Origin: Pecten maximus
Taxonomy: Eukaryota
Assembly (NCBI RefSeq): GCF_902652985.1
Contig: NC_047021.1
Coordinates: 35,526,001 to 35,590,000, forward strand
Length of the DNA stretch: 64,000 nt
Direction of reading: 5' to 3'
The notes beneath the pieces are model-generated. The model was not told the DNA's origin. It saw nothing but the letters and a program-made list of their open reading frames with translations, and ran no database searches. Shown here piece after piece: positions 26,876 to 38,980 of this stretch; the stretch's first letter is position 1, and each line of letters opens with the position of its first letter. The position numbers and the translations under genes are program-made.

Positions 26876-29800
26876 CACTGGCCAAAAGTATGGATCATTT
26901 ATCGTCAAAACTGTTCTCTGTACCGTAAATCTGGTTTTGGAGATGGTGCGGAATTCTGACACATGCCTTTTATTTTGTTATAGCAGGCGGAGTTAGAAAT
27001 CGGAAAGTCAGCTGTGTGTCAAAGTGTTGTGCTTTTTCAACAGATTGGTTCAAACTGCGAACGAAACCAAATACACATTTGTACATAGAACGAATATTCA
27101 TACCCTGCCTACACTGCTCTCCGGCAGGGTATGAAGTCCCTCCCATTGCCGATAGTGTAGCAAGCCCCGATGTGATTCACATCGGGCAGTATTAGCTGTG
27201 GTTTAAATTTTCTCGGATAAAAAAAACACAAGTAAATTGATGATTCTGGTATATATTATCAATATTCAAGCCGCAAACCCGCACATTACGTCAATTGTTT
27301 GACAATAAATAGTAAAATCCGAAACGAGCAAGACACACAGAAATATCAGTTCAAACATACCGCCATCTTTGATACAAGTGTAAAGGTCAATTTCCTTATA
27401 AGGAAATCAAAATAAATTGATGCTCATGAGATTTCCCGCGAGATTTCAACAGAAAAACAGAGTTATATACCTCGATGAGGAAGGTCAATTCATTCTGAAA
27501 TTATTTAATTACGCAAAGTAAGATTCGCTTTCTTCACAAGAGTTACAAAAGAGTGGTTAAATATCTCTGATTATGTATTTATTTATCGTAGTAGCTTCAT
27601 CCATATATGAATCACGGGTTCCATATTTGGGTTAGAATCCTCGCGAGAGTTCTTCGAGAAGTATCATGGCGTATCACGGAGACAACTCCGAGTAGTATGA
27701 TATCAGAATATGCGAATTAAAGATTTTTAGATTAGACGGTAGGCTGATACATTGCAAAATTGTATTAGAAATGTTAATTATACGAACTATTACTCCAAAG
27801 TTAAACGATATCCGTTATTTGTAGCATATTCGAGGTTCACTGTTTTGCTACATTACGAGCAATGGGATGGAATCGTAGCTTTGACGACGATCATCTGTCA
27901 GAAATAGTCCGTCCGTCGTCCAGAGCTACGTTATCGCGGCTAATTTGTACATAGTGTAAGATAGACCGGCCACCAGCCCGTATAAGTTTTTTTGTTGTTG
28001 TTAAGAATTGCTCATCTAAATCCTAACACTAGGTTATCTACCCCTAGTTTAACACTTATGCTAGAATCAAGACACGTCTTAGAGATTAAAATGATCAAAC
28101 TCAATTCTATTTTTGATTTTAATATTCTAGAGACGGTAGCTAGTCTAAGCATTAGATAATCGTCCGTTTTATTAGTGACCACATTTACAGTGAAACTGAA
28201 GGCTGAACTGTTTTCCTGTTTGGTTACAGGACAATTTTAGTACGAAAATGCATTTCTTTAAACAACGCTTTTGAAGTAAATCTCATTAGCATCGATTCTT
28301 CACATTCTATGTTTAATTTATATTTTCTCTAGAAGTGTCACGTTTAAAACATGGGAGTTACCTCCCTTTGAGTGACCACCACGGTTGTTTTGTATGACAG
28401 TGAATCCCACATTGTAAGACTAGAGCTTCACGTATTTGAAATTTTCGAAATGAATGAATCACCCAAAGTGAAGAAGTATTGAGATATTTACTGATGAAGT
28501 ATATGGTGTATACTGTATCTATTTTGGGATATTGAATCCGGTTAAGCGAAAATGCGTCATATTGATTGGAGTTAGTTTAGCGTCACTTCCGGACGACGGA
28601 ATTCGGATTATTGATATTTCATGATAACTGAGCGAGTTCACACTGTTTAACATGACCGAATAGTGGACATAGTATTAGGAACTAATTTATTTTATTGGTG
28701 GTCGGATTAACGTGACAGAGTAGTTGACATCCGGACAAGTAGAGACCGGATTAAAACAACACGGATAGAGGTATATCCAGATTAGTAGTGACTGGAATAA
28801 CGACACCGGGTAGTGGTATTTCCGAATTTTCCGGATTATAGAGTCAGGTTGTAAGTCCTCAATAATTTTCTCAAAGTTCATTCACAACATCTTTGAACCT
28901 TTCCAGAAACTACAGCGTTCCGGATTAAGAAGGTACTGCATTTCATTTTGTTCAGTGTCATGACTTCACACAGTTGACGACAAACATAGATATGATGGAT
29001 ACATATGAACTATCAAAGGTTTATGAATTTGTATTGTACCTCAAGAAAACTGCAAAGAAACAGAGAATTGTGAATCTGTTTTTTTTTTCTTAAAACGTCT
29101 TGTAATAAAATCAGAATACCTGATTATGCTTGTGTCTAGAGTTTCGAAGAAAATGAATTTTTGCTAACACTCGAGGTCATAGGAACACGAATCTTAATGT
29201 GTTAAATCACGTAATGTAGGATTTATTCGAATCACATGATGTCATCCTAAACAGACAAAATCTTCCAATCCATGGTCCATAATTTTATACCTGGAAGTAT
29301 GAGTTGGGAAATCTTGTCAAGTCCCTGTGACAATCTACACGGATTTATTGCTAGATTTTGTTTTTTGATTTACGGGTACAAATTTTGTATCTGTTGATAA
29401 ATATTTTCATTTGCCATATCAATGCAATCCGATAATTTGTACTTTTTGAAACTAAATTATGGTGTTTAAAACAACAAGGTGTTTGTGTTTTATTTCATTT
29501 GTTAAAATACTGCCACACCTGTATATAAAAGTAAGTACACTGTAAAAGACTTGATAGCTTGTATACTATTAAGTAGCACGTTATCTTATATTCTCTTTTA
29601 CGCAACCTCGCACCCCAGGGGCAGTTTCGTAATGCCTAATTGAAATACAGAAGATTTTCGAAATTAGACGTTGGGTGCGACGATGTCTATTATGTAGATG
29701 GTAACATCAATTACACGTGTCTATACATCAATCAATGACAACTTTTTTGTATCGTTTGGATTACAAAATAGATTTCATTTCTATTTTTTCTGTCATTTTA

Positions 29801-31743
29801 ATGATAAAATTAACGTCAAATTCCACTAAATATTTTCTATCATTAGTTGTGAGACCAATTTCATCTGTCGTGTCGGATTCTGATAATTTTGATAAACCAC
29901 CTTTTTAAAATTTAGATTCCGAAATTAATTTCAAATGTCTGTTACATAATTTATCGGTTGTGAAATGCAATCTTTTCAAATTCTTCAACCTATCTTGTAT
30001 CATTTAAGTTGTAAAATAAATTCCTTAGGTCTGTTTCGCTGATATTTAACTTGACACTATGCTGTTTAGTATTTATGTGTGTGGAATAAATCACATGCAT
30101 GTGCAATATGGATGTTGCAAAGACTATAATCATTACCTTTGAGGTTGATAAAGTGTTATAATAATCAGGGAAACCTGTTTGAAAAGGGATAAATTGTATT
30201 ATATTTATCCTGTTAACAGGAAATCTATAGGGGCATTTTGACGTCACAATGAAATCCACCACAGTCAGTCTTTCAACACAAATTTATTTACATCTTTATT
30301 TAGGAGCACAGGCGTATGTATCTGGTAAGTAAAACAAAATATAGGGGTAAGGGCTAGATTTGTTTTCTATAATACTTATAATAACCAGATTCAGACGCCA
30401 GTGATAGGAGCTTTCATTTGCCTGCTGTTGTGATGTTAACTTTGTAAATCAGATGGGGGGAAAACGAGGAGATTTACAAAAACTGTGGAGTATAAATGTT
30501 GACTCAAATGTGCATGACTAGTTTTTTATCATTTTAAAAATTAGCCAGAATTACCAGAGACATATATACACATGTGTATATATGTCTCTGGAATTACTAA
30601 TAAATACTTGTCTCTATATCACCTGTTGTTACTATTGATTACTTTAAATTGTCGTCACTCAAACTTTAAAACATTCGCCTGAAGATGGACTCTTCTTGTT
30701 TTTCTAAAAAAATGTTTCTGGCTTATTTATCATTGAAAGCTAGATAACTCTTAGTGGTTAACACACAAATCTTTTCGCCAAATCAATCTGACAAAACAAA
30801 ATGTTTAAAAAAGAATATCCATGATAACAGTTTATCTGTAACATTAGAAATTGGGTTTTTTGAATGCGAGGTAAAAGGATAGGTTGCACATTGATTTTAT
30901 CTCAATATGTGGTATAAGTTTTTCAAGATTCTTGTAATGGCGCGAGGCGTTTAGATGTGTTATGCATGGGGAACGAGATTCACTCTGGAAGAGGTTGTGG
31001 AATAAGTTCAAATCGTGCCAAACACTATGATATAATGTGTAAATAAAGCCCTCTACAAATAAATGTTTAATTTTGATAAGAAAATAACATAAAAAAATTG
31101 TTAGAAAATTGCTAAGAAATTGTTTAGGAATACTTCATTTCACTAGATAGATTGATCAGGACACACTAGCCTCATTTTCTTTCTACCCAAACATTATATC
31201 GTTTTAAGTGTTCTCGTGTCAATTTCCGACGCCACACCTCTTTCATTTGAAATATAATTACACAAGTCTGAAATATAATAAAAATAACTTTTATTTTCAA
31301 TATAGTACATGTGTTTAACAGACTGATCATGATCAATTCTGTAAAAAGAATACTGAATTAGGAACCTTTCACATCAGAAGAGGGATAACTCGGTCTTATA
31401 AATTGCCAACAGTAAGTGTATTGCACTTGGTGCAGAAATCCGTAAAACAATTGTAATTTCCTTCTGACAATAGAAATGTTTATTTCTCTCAAAATCAAGA
31501 GGTTACTTTTCAAGTACAAACACAACACACAACAACGGCTTTGAGAAATGTACTTGCGGCATTTCTCGATGCAGAAATAGGTTCGATTAAGATTTATAAA
31601 TCTAAATACATTGGGTCATCTTTTGTCATACTTCCGGTTCACGTTCTGGTGCTTCCGGTCTACATTTATCATTCAGGCAACCTTTCACTTAAATGCATTT
31701 TGTCATAGACTGTAAAACAGTAAGATAGCTTAATGTATCCGGG

Positions 31744-31812
31744 TAGCACGAGTTTCCTCAGGCCCTGACACCATGTGAGACATGGTGTCAGGGCCAGAGG
31801 AAACTCGGGCTA
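31744..31812. mobile_element. 69-bp palindromic miniature element with 9-bp target-site duplication
   Basis: GTATCCGGG|TAGC...GCTA|GTATCCGGG with a near-perfect 33-bp stem. A degenerate relative lies at 24576-24632. Confidence 0.8.
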
Positions 31813-32426
31813 GTATCCGGGTTACAAAGGACTAGAAAATATAAAACGATAAAATCATGTAACATCCAAAACACATTTTTTGTACAATGCTATTTCAAAC
31901 ATTGATTCCTTGATTTCCATTTTCTTGATACGGAATTCGAAACAGTTCATTGAGTTATGAATACATAAAAAGTTATAGTATATGTATATAAACTGTAAAA
32001 TATGGCATGTTTGGGCAGCATCATCAATAGCACGTTCTTCAAATACGGTGTTCAATACATACAATATAAAATCTACTGATTTACACAAGTAATCATCATT
32101 ATCGTATCATCATTTTTTATAATTCAACTCGTTAATAAAAATGACACGTGGTGCATCACTTTCTATTTTCATTTATGTTAAGGAAGAAGCTTGTACAAAC
32201 ATAACCTGTTGCCTTATTCCAGATTAAATCTTTTTGATTAACAAACTATTTCAAAACAATAGAACAAAAATAAAGTAAGTAAATTATGTTTGACATTGAT
32301 GATTTTTAAGTAACAAAAATGCATGTATATTGTTTCTTAAATGTAATTAATACAAAAATCATATTTTTATATGGATTTTAACGGTAAATATGTATTAAAA
32401 TTATACAGGAATTTTCATGAAGATAA

Positions 32427-35400
32427 TCACAGTTCGTCTTTGGTTGAGTTGAATTTCTTGGTGTCTAACCAGGCTGCGTACATAAGATACACGTCCTTAT
32501 GTTCGGTGGGACTAACAACAAACCCGAGCTCGCGCGTCCGCTGTAGGGCCCAGTTAAGGTCCTTGTTGTACTGTAGGGCGGCGGCCAGCACCGTCATGTA
32601 GGCTGTGGATTGTAACAGAACAAGGCAATGTAAAAATGGTTAAATTGTATCAGAAAAAAAACAACGTTTTATCCAACAAAGGAGAAAACAACTTTGTTGA
32701 CACAATTTTGATTTTATTTTCCAAAGTATGATAGTATCAAAGTAAGAAGTAGAAGAAGAAGTCAAGTTTATCTGTTTATAAAGATGGCACCATTTTAGAT
32801 ACTCAAGTTAAATATTACTCTAGATATCATGGCATAATCGCTCTAATTTTCTTCACGATGTGAAAGAAACCGGATGGACAGCATTTCTGTTTTACATACC
32901 GGAAATGACGTCAACTACATTCCGGCCTACAAACAGGTTTCTTGTGGTACTGATTGATTTATTTCCGAAAACTTGCCATGGTAGCCGACTTTAAAATTCT
33001 AACCAGTCGCCTCTTTGTGGCCTGTGATAATGGTCTGATGTTCTGGTCAGTTTTCTGGTCAGTTTAAGCGGAATACTGTATATACTTACCCACTCTGTGG
33101 GCGCTAGCACAGTGAACTAGGACAGGCTCTCCCGTTCTCCCGATCTCCAGTAACTTATCCTTGTATTTCCCGAATAACTCCGGACTAAACTTTCCACTGG
33201 ACACTGCAAATACATGGAAATTAGTAAAATTATATCCACAGGAAACCGAACATATTTGACTCAAAGATTAGTAATATTTATGACACTTTTGTATTTCACT
33301 CATGAAAGACTGTTCCGGCGTTTTTTCATTAAGAGTTTGTTCCCCTTGGAAATATTTAGTACTCCCCCATCCCAACATTACCTTAGTTATAAGCTTTGCG
33401 TTCATACCAGTAACGTAATACCCCCACAGTGACTTTTCTCTGTAGTAAGATGATTAGATCATAGATGCTCGACTTCTTTTAATAATACATATAAGTCATC
33501 CATAAAGGCATTTAATCAAAAATGTTGTGTCGTCGTTGAAAAAAAATATGTGAGAATCCAACTTTAAGATATATAAGTATCACGATTATGTGGACAATTT
33601 CTAAGTGCAGTCAGGGACCTCTCTATTTAAACGGTGTACAATGTACCTGAGTTTACTCATTTTCGCTTTAAAAAGTTTTAATCGCAACCTAGCATGAGCG
33701 GTATTTCATGGTAGGTAGGTGTACATGTACGTGTGTCTTATCAGTAACTACCGAGGTTAATTTTTAAAGGAGAACTTTCAATATTATTACGCTGTGCGTT
33801 TTATGTTTGATAATGTTTAGGGTGATATTTACAGTTAATTATTAAACGAAACTATGCAAATGTTTGAATGTGTGTTTAAAAAAAAAAAATACAAATGTAA
33901 TAACATTTGTTAGACACACCTTTGGTTTTCGTATGACGTCATTAAAATACCTGTATGCAAGCTACATAACTATACACAATGAATATGCATTTGATCTTAA
34001 TGCACTTAAAAATAAATTTTATTTATTTAACAACATTTGTGAAGCAAGTTATATCAACTTATATCCATCACGCTTGTTGGCCATATTTGAAGCGCGCGAG
34101 GGGTCTTACTGTGGGAGGAAATCGGGAGTACCTGGGGAAAACCCACGTGGTCAGGCAGGTGACCCCAATATCTTTTCACGCCCGATCGCGAGAACCAACC
34201 CCGGCCGCATATTGTATAATCCTTATATACCAAATATTATCGCTGTTATATAAACCTGTTATTATACTATACATTGGTCAATTACACTGTCTTACATATA
34301 TATACATTGAATATCAATATCAACACCACCATATGAACTGGATATAATCATTATTATGTGAAACACTTTTTTTCACAAATATACATGTATGTACTGGATA
34401 TTATCATCAAATCGGATAACACCACTGTTGTAATCTAAAATATATGATATAATTATATTTTAGCACAAATCAACGTGCGGGAGGGTAAATATGGCACTAT
34501 TGCTTCTTTGTTTAAAATCATACTATGGTTAATTAATTAATATTCAGCCTTATATCACAACGGTTTTTCTGGTCGTTGTAATATTTTTGTAGAATAGATA
34601 TAAAATCCAAAGATGTTGAAGTATGGTCCAAGATATCGTATTTATTAAACTAAACTTTCTAGGAGTCAGGCGGGTGATTTACGGAATATCCGAAAATTGA
34701 CCCGTGCAGTCCGCACTCTAGGTTTTAATTAATTTTACAAAACGTTACACATGGTATTAAGCTGGAGTTAATGCAATAATTGACAGGTGGCATTTTGTCA
34801 CATTTCAGACTGGCGAGATACCCGCGGCTAGGTGTCATACCTGGCCAGACCAGTTAAGTAACTCAATTAACATCAAAAGATAAAAGTACATACATATTAC
34901 GTGGTTTAATCCGATAACAATGAGAAAAAAGGAATTATGCATATCACTTTCAAAAGACATATTGCTTGTTGAGATGTAATCAAATGATTTTTAAATAAAA
35001 CATTGAACAAAGCGAAATAAGACGGCGAATAAATTCAAAATTATGAAAAATGTAAAATGTCCAATAAATGTTCCTATTATCACTTATTTCATAAAATTAA
35101 CTTTGGAACTTAGATCAATAAAAAAGAAAAGAAAAAAAAAAAAAAAAACATTGATGAATACATCAAATAATATAGCAAACGATAAACCTTGTATTGAAGG
35201 TTCACATTATGAATGTATTGCGTCATTAAGCATTAAACTCGTAGACATCACAGTCAGTGTATTCTCGCTGACCTGTCTCCAAGGATACACACGTGCATGT
35301 GTAAAACATGTTTTACTTACGGACTGGCATGTGATAATAATGGAAACCCGCCTTTTCCAGAACCTGTCTTTCTCGATCTTCATTATAGCCTATCTCGTCT

Positions 35401-36404
35401 CCGAACTCTCCCGGATTTCTCGACTCGAAGTTCACGGCCGAATTCTTGGACACAAAGGTCTTGTTTTTTGTTGGGTCAAGGACAAGTTTCGTTAAAGTTT
35501 CCGGGATTTGTCGCGGACCTGTCTCTTTGCTGCCGTACGTCGGTGTGCCGTCTTTGACGTTGATGAGAGTTACCTGCTCTTGGGAAGGATTTCCGTTTTC
35601 GTCCTGAACACCCATTCTCATGTTGATCACGTGGATAAAGCCGGCCATTTGTAAAGTTTGAAGATGACTTTCGCTTATTTGTCCAGCTGTGAACCAGTTT
35701 TTATAGACAGGGTGGGCCATCCAGTAATCATACCACTCATCTGGCACAGAGTTTGGTTCCGGTAAATTCTCTGGAATTGCTTCTCCAGTAACTTCCGCTG
35801 CAGTCATTTGCGTAAAGTCCATAGCAAAATCTAAACCCATGGCGGCAGCCATCTTGTATACTTTTTCGAAACTGACTTGAGGTATGTAATTTTGGTCGTG
35901 TTTTGAAGCGTTGGCTAAATACATCATAGTCACAAACGTTATCGTGTATGCCCGGTTACAATGAAGTAAAACAGGCCTTTTCAAGGTAGGAATAATGGCA
36001 GACATTTTATTTACAGCTTCGATCGATGCCCAATCGCAGTTGTCTGTCTCTAATACAACCCGATACTCGAGTCCTGCTTGCTTGGCGATTTCAGCAGCTT
36101 CGGCACTCGTAGGAATGTATTCATCACCGATACTGGATGGCTCATCATCTTGGAAAAGCGACACAATGCTTTTAAATCCTCCGTCTGCTGCATATTTAAT
36201 TTGTCGTTCGGATAACCTGCCAGCGACATGGAAATCTGGCGTTATTTCCTTGGCCCACCATAGTTTTTTAGGGGCTCGAAGTCCCGGGGCACTTCTCTGT
36301 AGAAATGTGTCAACATAGACGCTATTTGAATGTTGTACATCGGCTCGCACTGACGTAACGCATAATTGAAATGTCAACAAAATCAGTGTTAATATTCGAT
36401 ACAT
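32427..36404 (-). CDS. Predicted ER-luminal (signal peptide + KDEL) tandem DUF442/TIGR01244-like protein, copy B (457 aa). Exons 36404-35321, 33203-33090, 32602-32427
   Basis: Signal peptide MYRILTLILLTFQLCVTSVRA. Donor C|gtaagt. Exon 2 (114 nt) encodes GEPVLVHCASAHRV (CX4R). Exon 3 reads AYMTVLAAALQ...FNSTKDEL*. Exon structure is identical to copy A. Confidence 0.92.
34050..34210 (-). mobile_element. V-SINE remnant
   Basis: Minus strand GTGGGTTTTCCCCAGGTACTCCCGATTTCCTCCCAC matches the conserved V-domain core, preceded by a degenerate B-box-like stretch. Confidence 0.75.
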
Positions 36405-36467
36405 GTCTCAGATCACTCAAAACTGTACCTTTATCCGAATGCTAGATACCCGAGTAATCCCGAATGG

Positions 36468-36505
36468 TGACGTGGCTATATATATCTGACTTCCTGTGCA
36501 CGTGG
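36468..36505 (-). promoter_or_regulatory. Putative core promoter of copy B: TATA box with adjacent TGACGTGG (UPRE-like) and CCACGTG motifs
   Basis: TATATATA at 36477-36485, about 75 bp upstream of the ATG. TGACGTGG at 36468-36475 and CACGTGG at 36499-36505. Confidence 0.45.
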
Positions 36506-36773
36506 AAACACCGAAGCTGATATAACTTTCTTCATTCATATATACACATTCACACACAAATTAAAATCGATTATTGTTACATCATCTCGTAGCAGACTTG
36601 TTATGTTTCATTTTAACAGAAAATCAGCACTATCTACAGGGTTACGACGTTACCAGTTTCAATGGCTTGTCCTTTACGATATCCGTGTATACTGCACAGC
36701 TGCGCTTCTCACGCAAATCCATCACGTATACAGCTATGTGTGTGTGTGTGGCGTGTGTTAGGTGGCATGTTGT

Positions 36774-37953
36774 AAATTTCGGACTCGTCACGATCCATTT
36801 TTATTCTGGTATCTTTGGACATAAGCTGTAATTGATTGCCTACCCTGGTGCTTCCAGCCGAGAAAGAACCTAACAACAATTGTCACCAACATAAATTATA
36901 GACAATATGAATTAATACACATTTGCAATTATAGATTTCTTATGAATCACAATTATTACCGAATTATCACAGTAAAACTATTCGCGATTATATGATCATC
37001 GGGTTTGTGAATGGTTCTTTATGACGTGTTATTTCAACACCCTTTTAACCATGCAAGCTATAGCCAAGTGACGTCGACATTACCATAAACCAATATCAAA
37101 TTTCGGACTCGTCACGATCCATTTTTATTCTGGTATCTTTGGACATGTTGAAAATTAGTCTTTAATAATTCGATCTCCCGTAACGCATCGACATCTTCTG
37201 TTATTGGTGGAGATTCATTTTTCGTTCCGGTGTTTTAATACAGTCAGACTTGGTTTATATCAATACGATCTCGTGACATAACACTTAAAAATATTAGTCG
37301 ATGTTAGTCTAGACATTCCAATGTGTTTGATCTGTTTATAATGATTTAATCCGTCAATCGTATTAAATGGAATAGCCACGATGACTTTGCACTAACGATC
37401 AAATCCACGGTCCAATATATATACACACGTTCAGACTGTTGGGTCCGATATTTCTCCCGGTGATATGTATTCTATCTTTACTTACTATCGCAGTCCCTTA
37501 GCCACTTACTCCGTGACACATAAGTCATGTCCTTAGCGATGTTTTGAACAGCTTCTGCGGCTGTGCCACGCCAGCTGACCCAGTTAAAGGTTTTATTACT
37601 ATATTTTTTGTGGCCTATGATACAGAGGCTGAGATACACTATGTACAACGTACATGTATGTATATATTCTACATAAGCTGTAATTGATTGCCTGCCCTGG
37701 TGCTTCCAGCCTGACGAAAGAACCTAACAACAATTGTCACCAACATAAATTATAGACAATATAAATTAATACATATTTGCAATTATAGATTTCTTATGAA
37801 TCACAATTATTACCGAATTATCACAGTAAACTTTTCGCGATTCATATGCTCATTGCGTTTGTGAATGGTTCTCTATGACGTGTTATTTCAGCACCCTTTT
37901 AACCAAGCTAGCAAGCTATAGCCAATTGACATTACCATACACCAATATCAAAT
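36774..37953. repeat. Local tandem duplication with internal deletion (A-B | A'-X-B')
   Basis: 36774-36822 matches 37098-37146, and 36819-37101 closely matches 37671-37953. The first copy lacks X (about 525 bp), with ACAT microhomology at the junction. Confidence 0.88.
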
Positions 37954-38829
37954 CATTTTAAAAGTCAATCATGATTTATTTCTGATATTGGTCACTGTCA
38001 AGTTTATTCATTAATTTGGGTCGTTTTGATAACTCTTTGAAACAACAATTTACCGTCAGGACGAATTAAAGGCGTACGATTCATAGCAAAAAGGTTGAAA
38101 AATATAACTACATTTACACCCAAGGAAACTTAAGACGTCGTTGAAAGATTTAAGCATTGTAACACATATGACATTAAATTTGAGTCAAACTAACACACTA
38201 TAACGCGGTTGAAAGTCCTTATAAAATATTACCCTTTGCACATGTATTTTTTTCTTTTCTTAAAAAGAAATTTCGGGCAAAAAGTGCATCTAAACCAACA
38301 TTTAGGTTTAGCATTCTGACTTCTGACCCACGCCCCCATGTTCATCAAAGGGTTCTCCCTGAACTGAGCTTTATAATAAAATTCAAATAAGATATGCATA
38401 TTCAAATAAAGTACATGTATGCCATACTTGAAATACAGAATTAATTAATGAGTACAATTTTGTCTTCATTTTTTGAACATAACCAAACCTTTTTGTCGGT
38501 TCAGGTGTGGTCCAGTTTACAGAGGTTAGATAAGTCGTAGTTACCCCCTGGTAACTTTTATATGATAAATTAAAATTTGAGGTTAAAGAGAGGCAAAATA
38601 CAACACTAAATCTCATACGACGCGAAGATTCGGGCTCAGATAAATGAAATATGAGCAGACCGCATTTTGTAAAAATATATATGATGTATTCTGATACAAT
38701 TAGAACTCTATCATTTCTCAGCACACATTTAGCAATAAAATCATGGCTTGTTAGAATTGTTGATATGTAAACATTTTTATATTTTACGACTAACCACAAA
38801 CCGTGGCAATAAAATTGACTAGACGTGAC

Positions 38830-38980
38830 AGGGTCGACTCTAAAACCATGACAGTAGTGTTTACTTGATTGGCTAAGTCCAATCTAAAACCACGGCATCA
38901 GAGTTTACTTGACTTGACTAAGACCAATCTGAAACCATGACAGTAGAGTTTACTTGGCTTTACTAAGACCAATCTGAAAT
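38830..38980. repeat. About 46-bp tandem repeat x3
   Basis: Recurrent CTAAGACCAATCTGAAACCATGACAGTAGAGTTTACTT motif. Confidence 0.75.
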
